From positions 1 to 64,000 of IMG/VR virus record IMGVR_UViG_3300028601_000027: 64,000 bases of DNA; one strand, given 5' to 3'. Position 1 is the stretch's first letter, and each line of letters begins with the position of its first letter. The notes beneath the pieces were generated by a model. It searched no databases and was not told the origin of the DNA. It was given only the letters and a program-made list of their open reading frames with translations. The DNA is from a virus (taxonomy: Duplodnaviria > Caudoviricetes). Shown here piece by piece: positions 51,141 through 60,010 of this stretch. Made by a program: the position numbers and the translations under genes.

Positions 51141-51383
51141 CCCTTTATCCTTTCCTCTGCTTGTAACGACAAAGTATTTCCTTTTGGAGGTTAGCTAGAA
51201 AAGAGCGCGAGTCTGCGCCATCATATTTTATAAGGTGCTCGAAACCCCATTGGGTAACATCTTCAGCACACCGCAGCACTTCTTCATTTTTAGCCAACTG
51301 TTCACGGAGTTCGTTTATCTCTGACTTTGATACTCTAACTTCTGGTATTTTAATTCTCCCTATAACGAGCTATGAAGGTCAAT

Positions 51384-51443
51384 ACATAACCAGCGGGTCA
51401 AGCGGACGCGAAACCCCGCGCCGCTTACCCTTATGCGTTAGAA
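51384..51443 (+). other. Complete 60-bp attC-like site
   Basis: ACATAAC-CAGCG-GGTCAAGC-GGACGCG-AAACCC-CGCGCC-GCTTACC-CTTATGC-GTTAGAA; both canonical extrahelical positions present. Confidence 0.85.
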
Positions 51444-51740
51444 AACATCCCGGCGAACGGCGGCAATCATCTGTGCCTTGCCGTCTGCAATGGTCACTTT
51501 GCCAATGCAGTGCGAAAGCCGCTCGGTCAGGCCGCTTGCCATCGGCATGGTCAGCATTACAACCCGGCCCAATAGGTCGGCCAGCGTCACCTGGAAGCCG
51601 TCTCCAAGGTCCACGGTTGCTGATTCGCAAACTTCTTGTGAAAGATCAAAGTATTGGTCTTCGTCGCTCTGGATGTGCTCCGGGTAGATCAGCGCCAGAA
51701 GCTCGTGCATTTCAAGATCGTCAAGTGGTTGTGTTTTCAT
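51438..51740 (-). CDS. Hypothetical cassette-like protein (start MKTQP)
   Basis: GC-rich; stop TAA is the complement of TTA in the attC core. Confidence 0.7.
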   Translation of the reverse strand: MKTQPLDDLEMHELLALIYPEHIQSDEDQYFDLSQEVCESATVDLGDGFQVTLADLLGRVVMLTMPMASGLTERLSHCIGKVTIADGKAQMIAAVRRDVF

Positions 51741-51746
51741 CTTCGT

Positions 51747-51768
51747 CCCCTTAGCTTCGGTGTTAGCC
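51747..51768 (+). other. attC-like right half-site
   Basis: CCCCTTAGC-TTCGGT-GTTAGCC resembles the VCR right arm; the stop of ORF 51763-52113 lies in the core. Confidence 0.6.
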
Positions 51769-52113
51769 TTCCATCGCCAGCTTAATTGCTCGGCGCACTG
51801 GTACAAGTGCTTCCTTATAAAATCTAACCCAATCATCTTCACCGGGCTGTGTGAAATAGTTGTCTACACAGCGCAGCGCCTCCAGCATTTCAGGCGCGGC
51901 GGCAATCAGTTTGGCGTTGGCCTCGTGTTCTTCTTTTGTAATCTCGTATTCTTGATTTTTTGCTATGTTTACCATTGCCACATGCTTTCTTGGGCTGTTC
52001 GCTGCGGCTTTTGAGTTTATTGCTGTCCGGCAATGTGTCGCGTCTGCTTCCCATGGCCCATTTGTGTGAACCGGGTAATCTTTCCCGCTGTAGGCTGTTT
52101 TGTTGTCGTTCAT
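51763..52113 (-). CDS. Hypothetical cassette-like protein (HTNGPW...ANAKLIAAAPEMLEAL)
   Basis: Motif typical of temperate-phage small proteins; AAGGAGG RBS. Confidence 0.78.
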   Translation of the reverse strand: MNDNKTAYSGKDYPVHTNGPWEADATHCRTAINSKAAANSPRKHVAMVNIAKNQEYEITKEEHEANAKLIAAAPEMLEALRCVDNYFTQPGEDDWVRFYKEALVPVRRAIKLAMEG

Positions 52114-52275
52114 CTTACCTCCTTCGCTACACGGACAGCGTTGTCTTTCATTTTACAGCAAACTCTCTTCGCTTATAACTTCACCGTCGAGCAACAACTG
52201 AATATTAATGCAGTCTGAGTACATAGACCCGCTATCATCAAGCCCTCCGGTGTAACTGCTGTTGACCTCTTTGTT

Positions 52276-52518
52276 TTATCTGTTTAAAGAGTTCCACTTT
52301 ATTTCTGCTGACATCATTGCACGTGAAAACTGGCTCTTTTCGATATCGTGCCCGTTTCCTTTATCTAGGTCTCGGTCATTATATGTCTCAACAGACACAC
52401 TAACTCCACACTGACAAAAAATGCTAGCAGTGCTTGTGTGGTAAAAACTACCATCAGACTCATATTTGTTTTTTGTTGGTCTAGACCCGCAACTTTTACA
52501 ATTTGTTAATTCCCACAT
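52276..52518 (-). CDS. Lar-like (restriction alleviation-type) Zn-finger protein
   Basis: LTNCKSCG...IFCQCG...A..KWN. Confidence 0.5.
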   Translation of the reverse strand: MWELTNCKSCGSRPTKNKYESDGSFYHTSTASIFCQCGVSVSVETYNDRDLDKGNGHDIEKSQFSRAMMSAEIKWNSLNR

Positions 52519-52527
52519 ATCGGCCTC

Positions 52528-52578
52528 CAGCTAATCAACCGGACTGCCAACGCAGCCGGTTATCGTTGATCGTTATTT
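52528..52578 (+). other. Near-complete attC-like site lacking the R'' box
   Basis: CAGCT-AATCAACC-GGACTG-CCAACG-CAGCC-GGTTATC-GTTGATC-GTTATTT; R'' is replaced by the RBS of the next gene. Confidence 0.75.
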
Positions 52579-52629
52579 CCACAGCTTGCCGCAACTCAAC
52601 TTACCCTCTGGACATGCTTAAATCTCCTT

Positions 52630-53205
52630 TCACATCACAAACCACTTAACGAAATCCTTAGCTGTAGTGCTAAGTTCTTCTAATCCATCATAATTATGAA
52701 TAACTAAATCCGCAATCTCAAATACGTTTTTAGTTTCATCGTCACTAGCATTACCATATACTTTATCATTATCATTGTCAACATAAATAATTGCTAGTTC
52801 TGGATAGCGTTCTTTTAGTTTAAGTATTTCGCTCTTTTCCCTAACATGTAGAAACAATAGATCATCCCAACCTTTATTTTCAATCACACTAGCGCATTGC
52901 TCAAAAGGGAAGTCATTATAATCAGTAAGTAGTTGTTTAAACCCACTCAGAAACCGCCTATACTTCTCATTCTTATCATTACAATCTAGGTTAAAGAACT
53001 TCTCTGAAACCCATCTAATATAATCTACACTAGAGAAATTAATTGTTTGTGGATAATAAGTCTTCACAAAATTAACAAATGTATCTTTGCCTGCTTGAGG
53101 ACTGCCTGTAATAGCAAACACTCGTGTTTTTTTGTTTACAGTTAAAATATCTGAATCTACATCTACAATAATGTTGTAGTTTAGTACGCCTTGTTCGTTG
53201 TTCAT
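52630..53205 (-). CDS. P-loop nucleotide (dNMP-like) kinase
   Basis: AITGSPQAGKDT...HVRE..E. Confidence 0.7.
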   Translation of the reverse strand: MNNEQGVLNYNIIVDVDSDILTVNKKTRVFAITGSPQAGKDTFVNFVKTYYPQTINFSSVDYIRWVSEKFFNLDCNDKNEKYRRFLSGFKQLLTDYNDFPFEQCASVIENKGWDDLLFLHVREKSEILKLKERYPELAIIYVDNDNDKVYGNASDDETKNVFEIADLVIHNYDGLEELSTTAKDFVKWFVM

Positions 53206-53208
53206 AGT

Positions 53209-54147
53209 TTAATCCTCCAAATCTTTCATTAGTAAGTCACGAATAATACTACCTTGTTTGTAAATAACTTTCAAGTCTTTTTTGTCAAAATCTGATTCGT
53301 CAAATTCCTCTTCAGCTAAAAACGTTTCCTTAGCATCTTCTAATACTAGTTTAATGTACTTGCCAATATCATCATAAGATTCAATCTTACCGTATTTAGA
53401 ATATACGCTCTGTAAACGTTCGGGGTGGATGTACTGACAAAAAACGTCCATCCAATACTTAACATCATCACTTAGTTCTACTTTAGGTTTATTTTTCTTT
53501 TGCTTCTCCTTAAAGTTCTCATTTTTCTTTTTAATAATGAAGTGTTTCCCTTGGTTACTAGTAATGTTTCTATAGTAAGGTCTAATAACTACACCTTCAC
53601 ATAGATTTTCCTTATCGTAACCTTTAGGAGTAAGTTTAGAATTAAACTCAGTGTTATATTCTAATCCTTCTGACAACGAACAATTCCCTAAAATTGGAAC
53701 AATAGGTACATCGTAATCCTCAAAGACCGAATAGGTTATTTCTGGCGGTCTAAATTCTACTATTCCGTTTTCCACTACAGCTAAATCAAAAAATGCTAGG
53801 TTTTTCTCATTGCCATAATATACACCTGACTGAACATTACCACCATATAATTCACCAAATAGAATTACATCTATCTTGTGTCTCATTGAGTAACCAACTA
53901 GTTCAGTATGCTCATTCTCAAAGTGCTTAAATGTTGCTTCAGCATTATAGAAATTAGCGCCAGTGATTTTATTGTTCCTACTATACCAATCTACACTACC
54001 ATTTTTATTAAACCTAATACTTACATTTGCCCCATGAAGTTTCTCAGTTACAACGAAAGTTTCTTCATCGCTAACACAAAACCTATCCAATTCTTTCTCA
54101 CGATAATGATTAATCAAACTCGGATACTTTACCATACTCATACACAA
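53209..54147 (-). CDS. RNA ligase, Rnl2 family
   Basis: VVTEKLHGAN, FGELYG, FFDL, EGVVIRP, IIKKKN..F.E. Confidence 0.88.
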   Translation of the reverse strand: MCMSMVKYPSLINHYREKELDRFCVSDEETFVVTEKLHGANVSIRFNKNGSVDWYSRNNKITGANFYNAEATFKHFENEHTELVGYSMRHKIDVILFGELYGGNVQSGVYYGNEKNLAFFDLAVVENGIVEFRPPEITYSVFEDYDVPIVPILGNCSLSEGLEYNTEFNSKLTPKGYDKENLCEGVVIRPYYRNITSNQGKHFIIKKKNENFKEKQKKNKPKVELSDDVKYWMDVFCQYIHPERLQSVYSKYGKIESYDDIGKYIKLVLEDAKETFLAEEEFDESDFDKKDLKVIYKQGSIIRDLLMKDLED

Positions 54148-54154
54148 TTCTCCT

Positions 54155-54528
54155 GTGAACTACACACTACCCTAAAGGGTAGGTGTTTCTTGGGTAATTA
54201 ATGCTTTTAATAGCCACTAAAATTTACCAAGCTAACTGGGTCATCCCAACCCTTTTTATGTTTATACTTGCATTATAATCTCTGTCTATTTCTAAACTAC
54301 ATTGCTCACAACTATATACTCTCTCTGCTAATAACTGATTATACATAAACCTTGCTGAACCTATTGTCTTATTAATTAGTATTTCTTGTTCCTTATTTGG
54401 ATATAACCTAAACTTATATGCTTTATTTAACTTAATCATATACTATCTCACCACCTTTCTTTATATTTTGTATTTCGCAATTCATCCACTACCCTAAAGG
54501 GTTAGTGGTTTTATTGTGAAGATTAAAT
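54155..54528 (-). mobile_element. Non-autonomous IS200/IS605-family element with internally deleted tnpB (374 bp)
   Basis: TTTAT precedes the left end; right end ...GTAGTTCAC; twin subterminal hairpins CACTACCCTAAAGGG. Confidence 0.82.
54224..54439 (-). pseudogene. tnpB: tnpB remnant (N-terminal HTH joined directly to the C-terminal Zn ribbon)
   Basis: [13 protein letters not shown]...ARFMYN joined to [19 protein letters not shown]. Confidence 0.88.
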
Positions 54529-54762
54529 ATAAAAAGCCCCTACAAGTAATAAAGATTATACTACTTATAGGGGCTATTGTCAAGCAATTTGTTTTGTGAT
54601 TAGAGTAAAACTTCCAATCCTTCCTTAGTTATTACCTTGTTCTCATTTTGTACTTCAAACTCAGTCTTACAGATTTCACACTTTTTCTTATTACTCGAAT
54701 GTGTAATGTTCTCAATCTGTTGACTACCACAATTAGGACATGTAAGCATAACGTGTACTCCT

Positions 54763-55140
54763 TTACTTCTTAACTCCAATTTTGTACTTATGCACTATTT
54801 CATATTTCTCTTTATCTTCGTGAGTAAGTACGTTTAGATATGGGGATTCTTTATCTTGCACTAAGTTAGTCTCATCAATAATCTCTACTAGCCCCCATTT
54901 CTCCATCAGTTTTGCAATAGCAGTTTGCCTAAGATCATCCGTTTCATCAAAGTTGCTAGGTTTACCATCCAACTCAAACAGTTTCTTGAAATGGATAATG
55001 TAGTATTCGCCACGCTTATGAAGCAAATAACAACTAGGATAAAACGTATTAGTCTTAGTGTTAACAAAACCAACACGCTCTAGTGTTTCTCGTACCACAT
55101 TAAAATGGGTACATAGTTCCACCTTGATTCCACCTACCAT
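54763..55140 (-). CDS. regA: Translational repressor RegA
   Basis: VRETLERVG...SCYLLHKRGEYYIIHFK.LF.LDG...IA.L...WGL. Confidence 0.93.
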   Translation of the reverse strand: MVGGIKVELCTHFNVVRETLERVGFVNTKTNTFYPSCYLLHKRGEYYIIHFKKLFELDGKPSNFDETDDLRQTAIAKLMEKWGLVEIIDETNLVQDKESPYLNVLTHEDKEKYEIVHKYKIGVKK

Positions 55141-55192
55141 AATCTTTCTCCTTTAATTCAAAATAAGTTTAATTACAATTCACAAGTATTTA

Positions 55193-55582
55193 TCATTTAC
55201 CATAGTCATAGGTTTTGCTAATGTTTTTAACTTGTTCCTTAGTTAGTAACTCAGCAATAATAGTAGCTTCATCTATTGACACATTATAATAATGAGAAAG
55301 CAACTTAATATCATCTAGGTTTTCGTTTTTCTTTTTAGGATACTTGAAGAACCTAAATTTCTTTTCTATGATGTTATGCCAAAATAGATAATGAGTTTTA
55401 TCATCTACGTTTAAGTTGTTAGCTACTTCTGCTAAGTATATCAAGTCTGGCGCACAAGCTAAAATCCTATTTAGCATATATTGATTATACTGACCCCTAA
55501 ATTCAGGGTCAGTATCAAATCTAGAACTATGGTCAGTTTTATCCTTGCTAATAATGTTAGCTATATCAAACACAGTCATCAT
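55193..55582 (-). CDS. gp62: Clamp loader small subunit (gp62-like)
   Basis: YNQYMLNRILA...D.I.LA...N...HY.F....I.K..RF.KY.K; start moved to ATG 55582. Confidence 0.85.
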   Translation of the reverse strand: MMTVFDIANIISKDKTDHSSRFDTDPEFRGQYNQYMLNRILACAPDLIYLAEVANNLNVDDKTHYLFWHNIIEKKFRFFKYPKKKNENLDDIKLLSHYYNVSIDEATIIAELLTKEQVKNISKTYDYGK

Positions 55583-55941
55583 AGAGTATATCCCATCATG
55601 TAATAGATAGTGTAACCGAAAATAAATATAAACCAGTATATGAGATATATGAGTTGGACTAGATAACCTGTCTTCCAACAAGCTAAGGCACTAACTATAG
55701 TTAATGTCAAGTTTCCAGCTTTAGCATATTTAATTGCACTCATTCCAGCTAACGCTTTTATCACACCAATTGATATGACAGATAATATTATAGCTATAAT
55801 AGTGACTTTGTGTATAACAGTGGCATCACCATAAATATACCAGCTAGACCAAACATCGTAAGCTGTACGCTCAAAGATACCATTAAACGTAGTGTTAAAA
55901 ATCTCATATTGTTCTACATGCAAAAAATCTAAATTCATCAT
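55579..55941 (-). CDS. Hypothetical membrane protein
   Basis: Two hydrophobic segments; inserted between gp44-C and gp62. Confidence 0.6.
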   Translation of the reverse strand: MMNLDFLHVEQYEIFNTTFNGIFERTAYDVWSSWYIYGDATVIHKVTIIAIILSVISIGVIKALAGMSAIKYAKAGNLTLTIVSALACWKTGYLVQLIYLIYWFIFIFGYTIYYMMGYTL

Positions 55942-56139
55942 AAACTCCTTTCGCTATTAACTTACCCACTAATCATTTTATCATACACCTCTTTAACAGC
56001 ATTTCTAATTTCTTCATCAGTTACTTCGCCACCACCGTTTAGTTTCTTAGGTAATTGCTTCTCAAACCAATCTTTATACTCTTGCTCATACTCTTCAATA
56101 GTTGGGATGTATTCTCGTTCTGTCATAATAATTCACTCC

Positions 56140-56865
56140 TTATTTCAGTTTCACATTATTCATTAGTTCACAACTATATGCCATTAGTGGAATTCTCTGA
56201 TCCTTAATAGTGTTAGTCTTGAAGTTGTAATCTGAAGTTAATACTATTGTAGCAGATACATCTTCATTGTCAATATATTTCGGAATAGCATCATACACTT
56301 TAGTGTAAAATACTTGTGCATCTGTAATGTTAGCACAAAACTCCCTAATCTTACCAAAGTCTCTTTCACCAATAATCTTAAAGTATGTATCTAAATCAGT
56401 ATTACCCTTATCTACTACTGACGGATCAGTAAGTCTATCACTAAATTTCTGTAGTTCGTTTAGCGTTTTCCTCATATCAGGAAAATGAGAATTGATAAAA
56501 TAGCTTAGGATTTTCTTATTGTATTCTACATCTTCCTTATCAAGTATACCTAGAACAATCTTAGCAAAATGTTTTTTCATTTCCACTAATTCTTTTTTGT
56601 TATAAGTAAACTCAAACGTCTGTAGTCGTGATTTTAGTGGTTCGATAATCCTATGAATGTTATTAGTTAGGAATATGAATGTTACATTTTTGGAATATTC
56701 TTCAACAAAAGACTTGAGTGAGTCCATTGCGTGAGGACTCATCCTATCACAATTATGAGTTAAAATACCATTTTTAGTTAGAAAGTTGTGATTATTAGTA
56801 ACAGTCAAATTCCTAACATTCTTAGTGCCAACACTACGAATGTGTTTTATTTTCACTCGTTTCAT
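56140..56865 (-). CDS. gp44: Split C-intein (38 aa) plus clamp loader gp44 C-terminal part
   Basis: MKRVKIKHIRSVG..NVRNLTV..NHNF..NGILTHN|CDRMS...LKSFVEE...SRL...FPDMRKTLNELQ. Confidence 0.92.
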   Translation of the reverse strand: MKRVKIKHIRSVGTKNVRNLTVTNNHNFLTKNGILTHNCDRMSPHAMDSLKSFVEEYSKNVTFIFLTNNIHRIIEPLKSRLQTFEFTYNKKELVEMKKHFAKIVLGILDKEDVEYNKKILSYFINSHFPDMRKTLNELQKFSDRLTDPSVVDKGNTDLDTYFKIIGERDFGKIREFCANITDAQVFYTKVYDAIPKYIDNEDVSATIVLTSDYNFKTNTIKDQRIPLMAYSCELMNNVKLK

Positions 56866-58078
56866 TTTTACTATTCTCCTTCATAAAATTAGCCACACTG
56901 TTCACCAGTTTAGGACAAGCATTAACTAGTTCATTGTTAACATAAAAATCCAAATCGTCAAGAAAATAATCCTCAGTTACAACTTCAAACCTATAATCGT
57001 TTTCTCTACACCAATCAACCAAGCTACTTGTTTTATCCTTTACGTTTTGGTTATCAAGGTTTGATTTGGGTTTCACTTCATACACGACATTGTTTAAGTT
57101 ATCTACAAAATCTACCAGATATACTCTTCTTTTCTCTAACTGTGAATCATAATAAGGAATTCTAAGACATTCATATTCTAGTTCTTGATTTTTTATCCAG
57201 AATAAGGCTTCCCATGTAGACCTAAACTTATACTCTGTTCCATCAACCGTAACTTTTGTTCTAGAGTTTGCCCATGAATTAGTCACACACGGAGTAAATT
57301 CGTTGTTCATTATCTTTCTTTTCATCGTTTCACTTTGTTTCTTATTTGATTCTTCAGAAAAATAACACTCTGAATGAGTAGACTTGTGTTCATAATAATG
57401 TTCGTGACAACAAAACCTTTTTTCTGTTCCATTTATTTCTAGATTGAATTTAATCTTAAATGGTTTATCACATAACTTACAACGAATTAAATAATCGGGT
57501 AAATGTTTTTCAAAGTATTCCCACTCGTCAAATCCACATTTACGTAAATGGTTTTTAAGTGCGTTACCTTTACCACCATTTATGTAAATCGTCTTATTAG
57601 TTTCAGGACAAACAAACACTTTAGAATCTGGTTTAGCTATCCCTTCACTTTTAGACTTATGTTCTAAATATTCATTATACTCTTCTATATTGTTGTATTT
57701 TTTATGTCTTCCATTACAACTAGCGGAACAAAACCTAGCATTATCTCTTTGTTTTGGTTTGAAGGGTTTACCGCAAAAAACACAATCTCTGTATTCAAAC
57801 CTATCACTCACCTTTACGTAGTTTTTATACATTTCTGTGCTTCTTTTTGTAGCCGCATCAGAATAGTTTTTGTTTACACATTCAGAAGAATCACAATAAG
57901 GTTTGTATCCTTTGCTTATAGACAAAAATCTAGTAGGTTTGCCACAAAATTTACAAACACCTTTCCCATGTTCTAATTCATACACATGTTCTGTAGAACA
58001 CTTATGAATCCTCAATATGTGGTTTACCAGTCCTCTATTGTTATTGAATTTCTTTTTACACAAAAAACAAGTTACCAA
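56834..58078 (-). CDS. Free-standing endonuclease (TnsA-N-like PD-(D/E)XK) with Zn-finger repeats
   Basis: FRSTWEA...YE..RIPY...YLVDF...YEVKP; multiple CxxC repeats. Confidence 0.8.
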   Translation of the reverse strand: MVTCFLCKKKFNNNRGLVNHILRIHKCSTEHVYELEHGKGVCKFCGKPTRFLSISKGYKPYCDSSECVNKNYSDAATKRSTEMYKNYVKVSDRFEYRDCVFCGKPFKPKQRDNARFCSASCNGRHKKYNNIEEYNEYLEHKSKSEGIAKPDSKVFVCPETNKTIYINGGKGNALKNHLRKCGFDEWEYFEKHLPDYLIRCKLCDKPFKIKFNLEINGTEKRFCCHEHYYEHKSTHSECYFSEESNKKQSETMKRKIMNNEFTPCVTNSWANSRTKVTVDGTEYKFRSTWEALFWIKNQELEYECLRIPYYDSQLEKRRVYLVDFVDNLNNVVYEVKPKSNLDNQNVKDKTSSLVDWCRENDYRFEVVTEDYFLDDLDFYVNNELVNACPKLVNSVANFMKENSKNETSENKTHS

Positions 58079-58771
58079 TTAAACCTCCTTAATGTTATTT
58101 TCCTCAGAAGGTTTACCCGATTCCAATCTATTTTCTTCAAGTGTAACTATCTCATCTCCTTCTTGTAAATCCTTCAGTTTGACTTCTATTATTTCTCCGT
58201 TTCTGTCAACAAAAAACGGGTGATCCATGTTAGCTTTTATGGTTCTGCCATCTTCCAATTCTACCTCAAAAACTTCATCTTGTTTTTCTGAAATGATCTC
58301 TGCTGTATCATTTTCTAATTGATTAGTATCCAAATTATAAGACAACACATCGTATTGCTTGCCTAATTCAAAATCTTTCAGTTTAGTGTATGTTGGGTTA
58401 TCTATAGTGCCTGTCGCAATTATTTCATTTTCTTCTAAACACTCATCCAACAAAACCATCTTCTTACCACCATCAAAACTAACAGTAGTAACAAATTGAG
58501 TTATCTTACCCCTAAGCACATCAATACTAGTCTCAATAGAACCATTAATGTATAGAGTATCACATCCTAATGTGTCTGCTAAGATAGTAGCAATAGTAGT
58601 TTTACCAATTCCCTGTTGTCCATAGAACAACATGTTAGGGATTTTGCCAGAAGACAACATTTTATTAAAGTTATCTTGAACGGTTTTAGGTAGAACTACA
58701 TCGTTGATACTAGTAGGTCTATATTTTAAAGCCCATACATAATCATCATAGAACTTTTTGTTTAAACTCAT
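58079..58771 (-). CDS. gp44: Clamp loader gp44 N-terminal part plus split N-intein (120 aa)
   Basis: WALKYRP...GQQGIGKTT...LLDE|CLEENE...HPFFV..L..GDEIV. Confidence 0.92.
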   Translation of the reverse strand: MSLNKKFYDDYVWALKYRPTSINDVVLPKTVQDNFNKMLSSGKIPNMLFYGQQGIGKTTIATILADTLGCDTLYINGSIETSIDVLRGKITQFVTTVSFDGGKKMVLLDECLEENEIIATGTIDNPTYTKLKDFELGKQYDVLSYNLDTNQLENDTAEIISEKQDEVFEVELEDGRTIKANMDHPFFVDRNGEIIEVKLKDLQEGDEIVTLEENRLESGKPSEENNIKEV

Positions 58772-58781
58772 GATTCACCTC

Positions 58782-59435
58782 TTATAGAGATTTGTTTAGT
58801 AGGATATAACAAATATCGCCCTTAACAAACTTTACATACTTAGGAAACACAAATACATCATAGTCACCCCTAATGAAATTAAATAGTGAAGTGTCTAGAT
58901 TTACGTCACAGCTACCGTTTCCTTCAATCTCTACTCGATACTGATTAGCCGCTGAATTATCTTCATCAAATAATGAAATCTCAGACTTATCTTCATCTAC
59001 ACCAATGTTAAGTGTTTTGAGTGACATTACCTTACTAGCCTTAAGGATACCATTCATTTGTTCTTCAGGTAATTCAAAACTAGCTAGATAGTCACCATTA
59101 GCCATATACTTTTCGTACTCATTACACTTGTTGTAAATGTGGTCTGGATTACAGAAACGATAGTTGACCTTAGTGTTACCTTGATTAATAATTACTTCAT
59201 CTGAGGTAAAAGTAAAGTTTAGTTCCTTGTTAGTATCAAACATCTTGATTACCTGACAAAACTCAGTCAAATCAAAAATAGAAAAGTTAGGGAACTTCTC
59301 TTCAATTTTAGCTAGACCGATTAGGTTCTTAGCTTCACTAATGTTTTTCAGATAGCCCTCTTCATTGATACAGATCGACTTGTTGATAAGACTAAAATTT
59401 TCTAGGATTGCTAGGGTGCGTTGGGAAATTTCCAT
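58782..59435 (-). CDS. gp45: Sliding clamp (gp45-like)
   Basis: MEISQRTLAILENFSLINKSI...FSIFDL.EF; position upstream of gp44. Confidence 0.88.
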   Translation of the reverse strand: MEISQRTLAILENFSLINKSICINEEGYLKNISEAKNLIGLAKIEEKFPNFSIFDLTEFCQVIKMFDTNKELNFTFTSDEVIINQGNTKVNYRFCNPDHIYNKCNEYEKYMANGDYLASFELPEEQMNGILKASKVMSLKTLNIGVDEDKSEISLFDEDNSAANQYRVEIEGNGSCDVNLDTSLFNFIRGDYDVFVFPKYVKFVKGDICYILLNKSL

Positions 59436-59448
59436 GTTGTTTCACTCC

Positions 59449-59706
59449 TTAGTTAATGTTAATTTTTACACAGTTGTCATTGTCTTTACTGCATGTCTCT
59501 AGTGGTCTAAAACAGCTAGGACATACAGCAATACCATTTTCCAATTCAATTTCTAATGCTTTTACCATTCTCACATAAATATCTCTCCTTAGTTTAAATG
59601 ATTCCTCGTTACCATAACACAAATTGTTGTCGATACAAAATTGTTCATGTTCAACACATTTCTTCCAACCAATAATAGCTTCTTCCAATTCTCTAGTAGT
59701 AGCCAT
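59449..59706 (-). CDS. Hypothetical protein
   Basis: ORF downstream of a TTGACA-type promoter near 59765. Confidence 0.6.
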   Translation of the reverse strand: MATTRELEEAIIGWKKCVEHEQFCIDNNLCYGNEESFKLRRDIYVRMVKALEIELENGIAVCPSCFRPLETCSKDNDNCVKININ

Positions 59707-59800
59707 CTCAAATCTCCTTTAGTCATGTTGTTTATCACATAGTACTATATATCATTAGGATTGTCAATGAAATTCTCAAAACCCAATCCCAAAAAACCAT

Positions 59801-59901
59801 TAATAACTAAGTAGTATTATGTAGTACTAAGTTTTTCTTTTTGAAGTGTAGTTATAATTTGTAGTACTAAGTAGTATTAACTTAATAACTAAGTAGTATT
59901 A
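59801..59901. repeat. Non-coding AT-rich repeats (TAATAACTAAGTAGTATTA x2, GTAGTACTAAG x2)
   Basis: Copies at 59801-59819, 59883-59901, 59821-59831, 59861-59871. Confidence 0.8.
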
Positions 59902-59955
59902 AGGGCTTGTTAGAACCATTATAACCATTTTGTGATTTAGTGTCAAGATAAAAAA

Positions 59956-59988
59956 CACCCTCTAGCATTATTTTTTACTAGAGGGTGT
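59956..59988 (-). terminator. Terminator after the tail fibre genes
   Basis: CACCCTCTAG / CTAGAGGGTG stem followed by a T-run on the minus strand. Confidence 0.75.
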
Positions 59989-60010
59989 CATTACTGATAT
60001 GTTACTTAGT

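Noticed and set aside
51362-51383. Possible extra attC arm (minus strand TTGACCTTCATAGCTCGTTATAG)
   Set aside because: Spacing does not fit the L'/R' boxes and there is no partner arm.
52174-52200. TATAACTTCACCGTCGAG looked like an attC left arm
   Set aside because: It is the reverse complement of a coding fragment (…LLLDGEVISEESLL*) and has no matching right arm.
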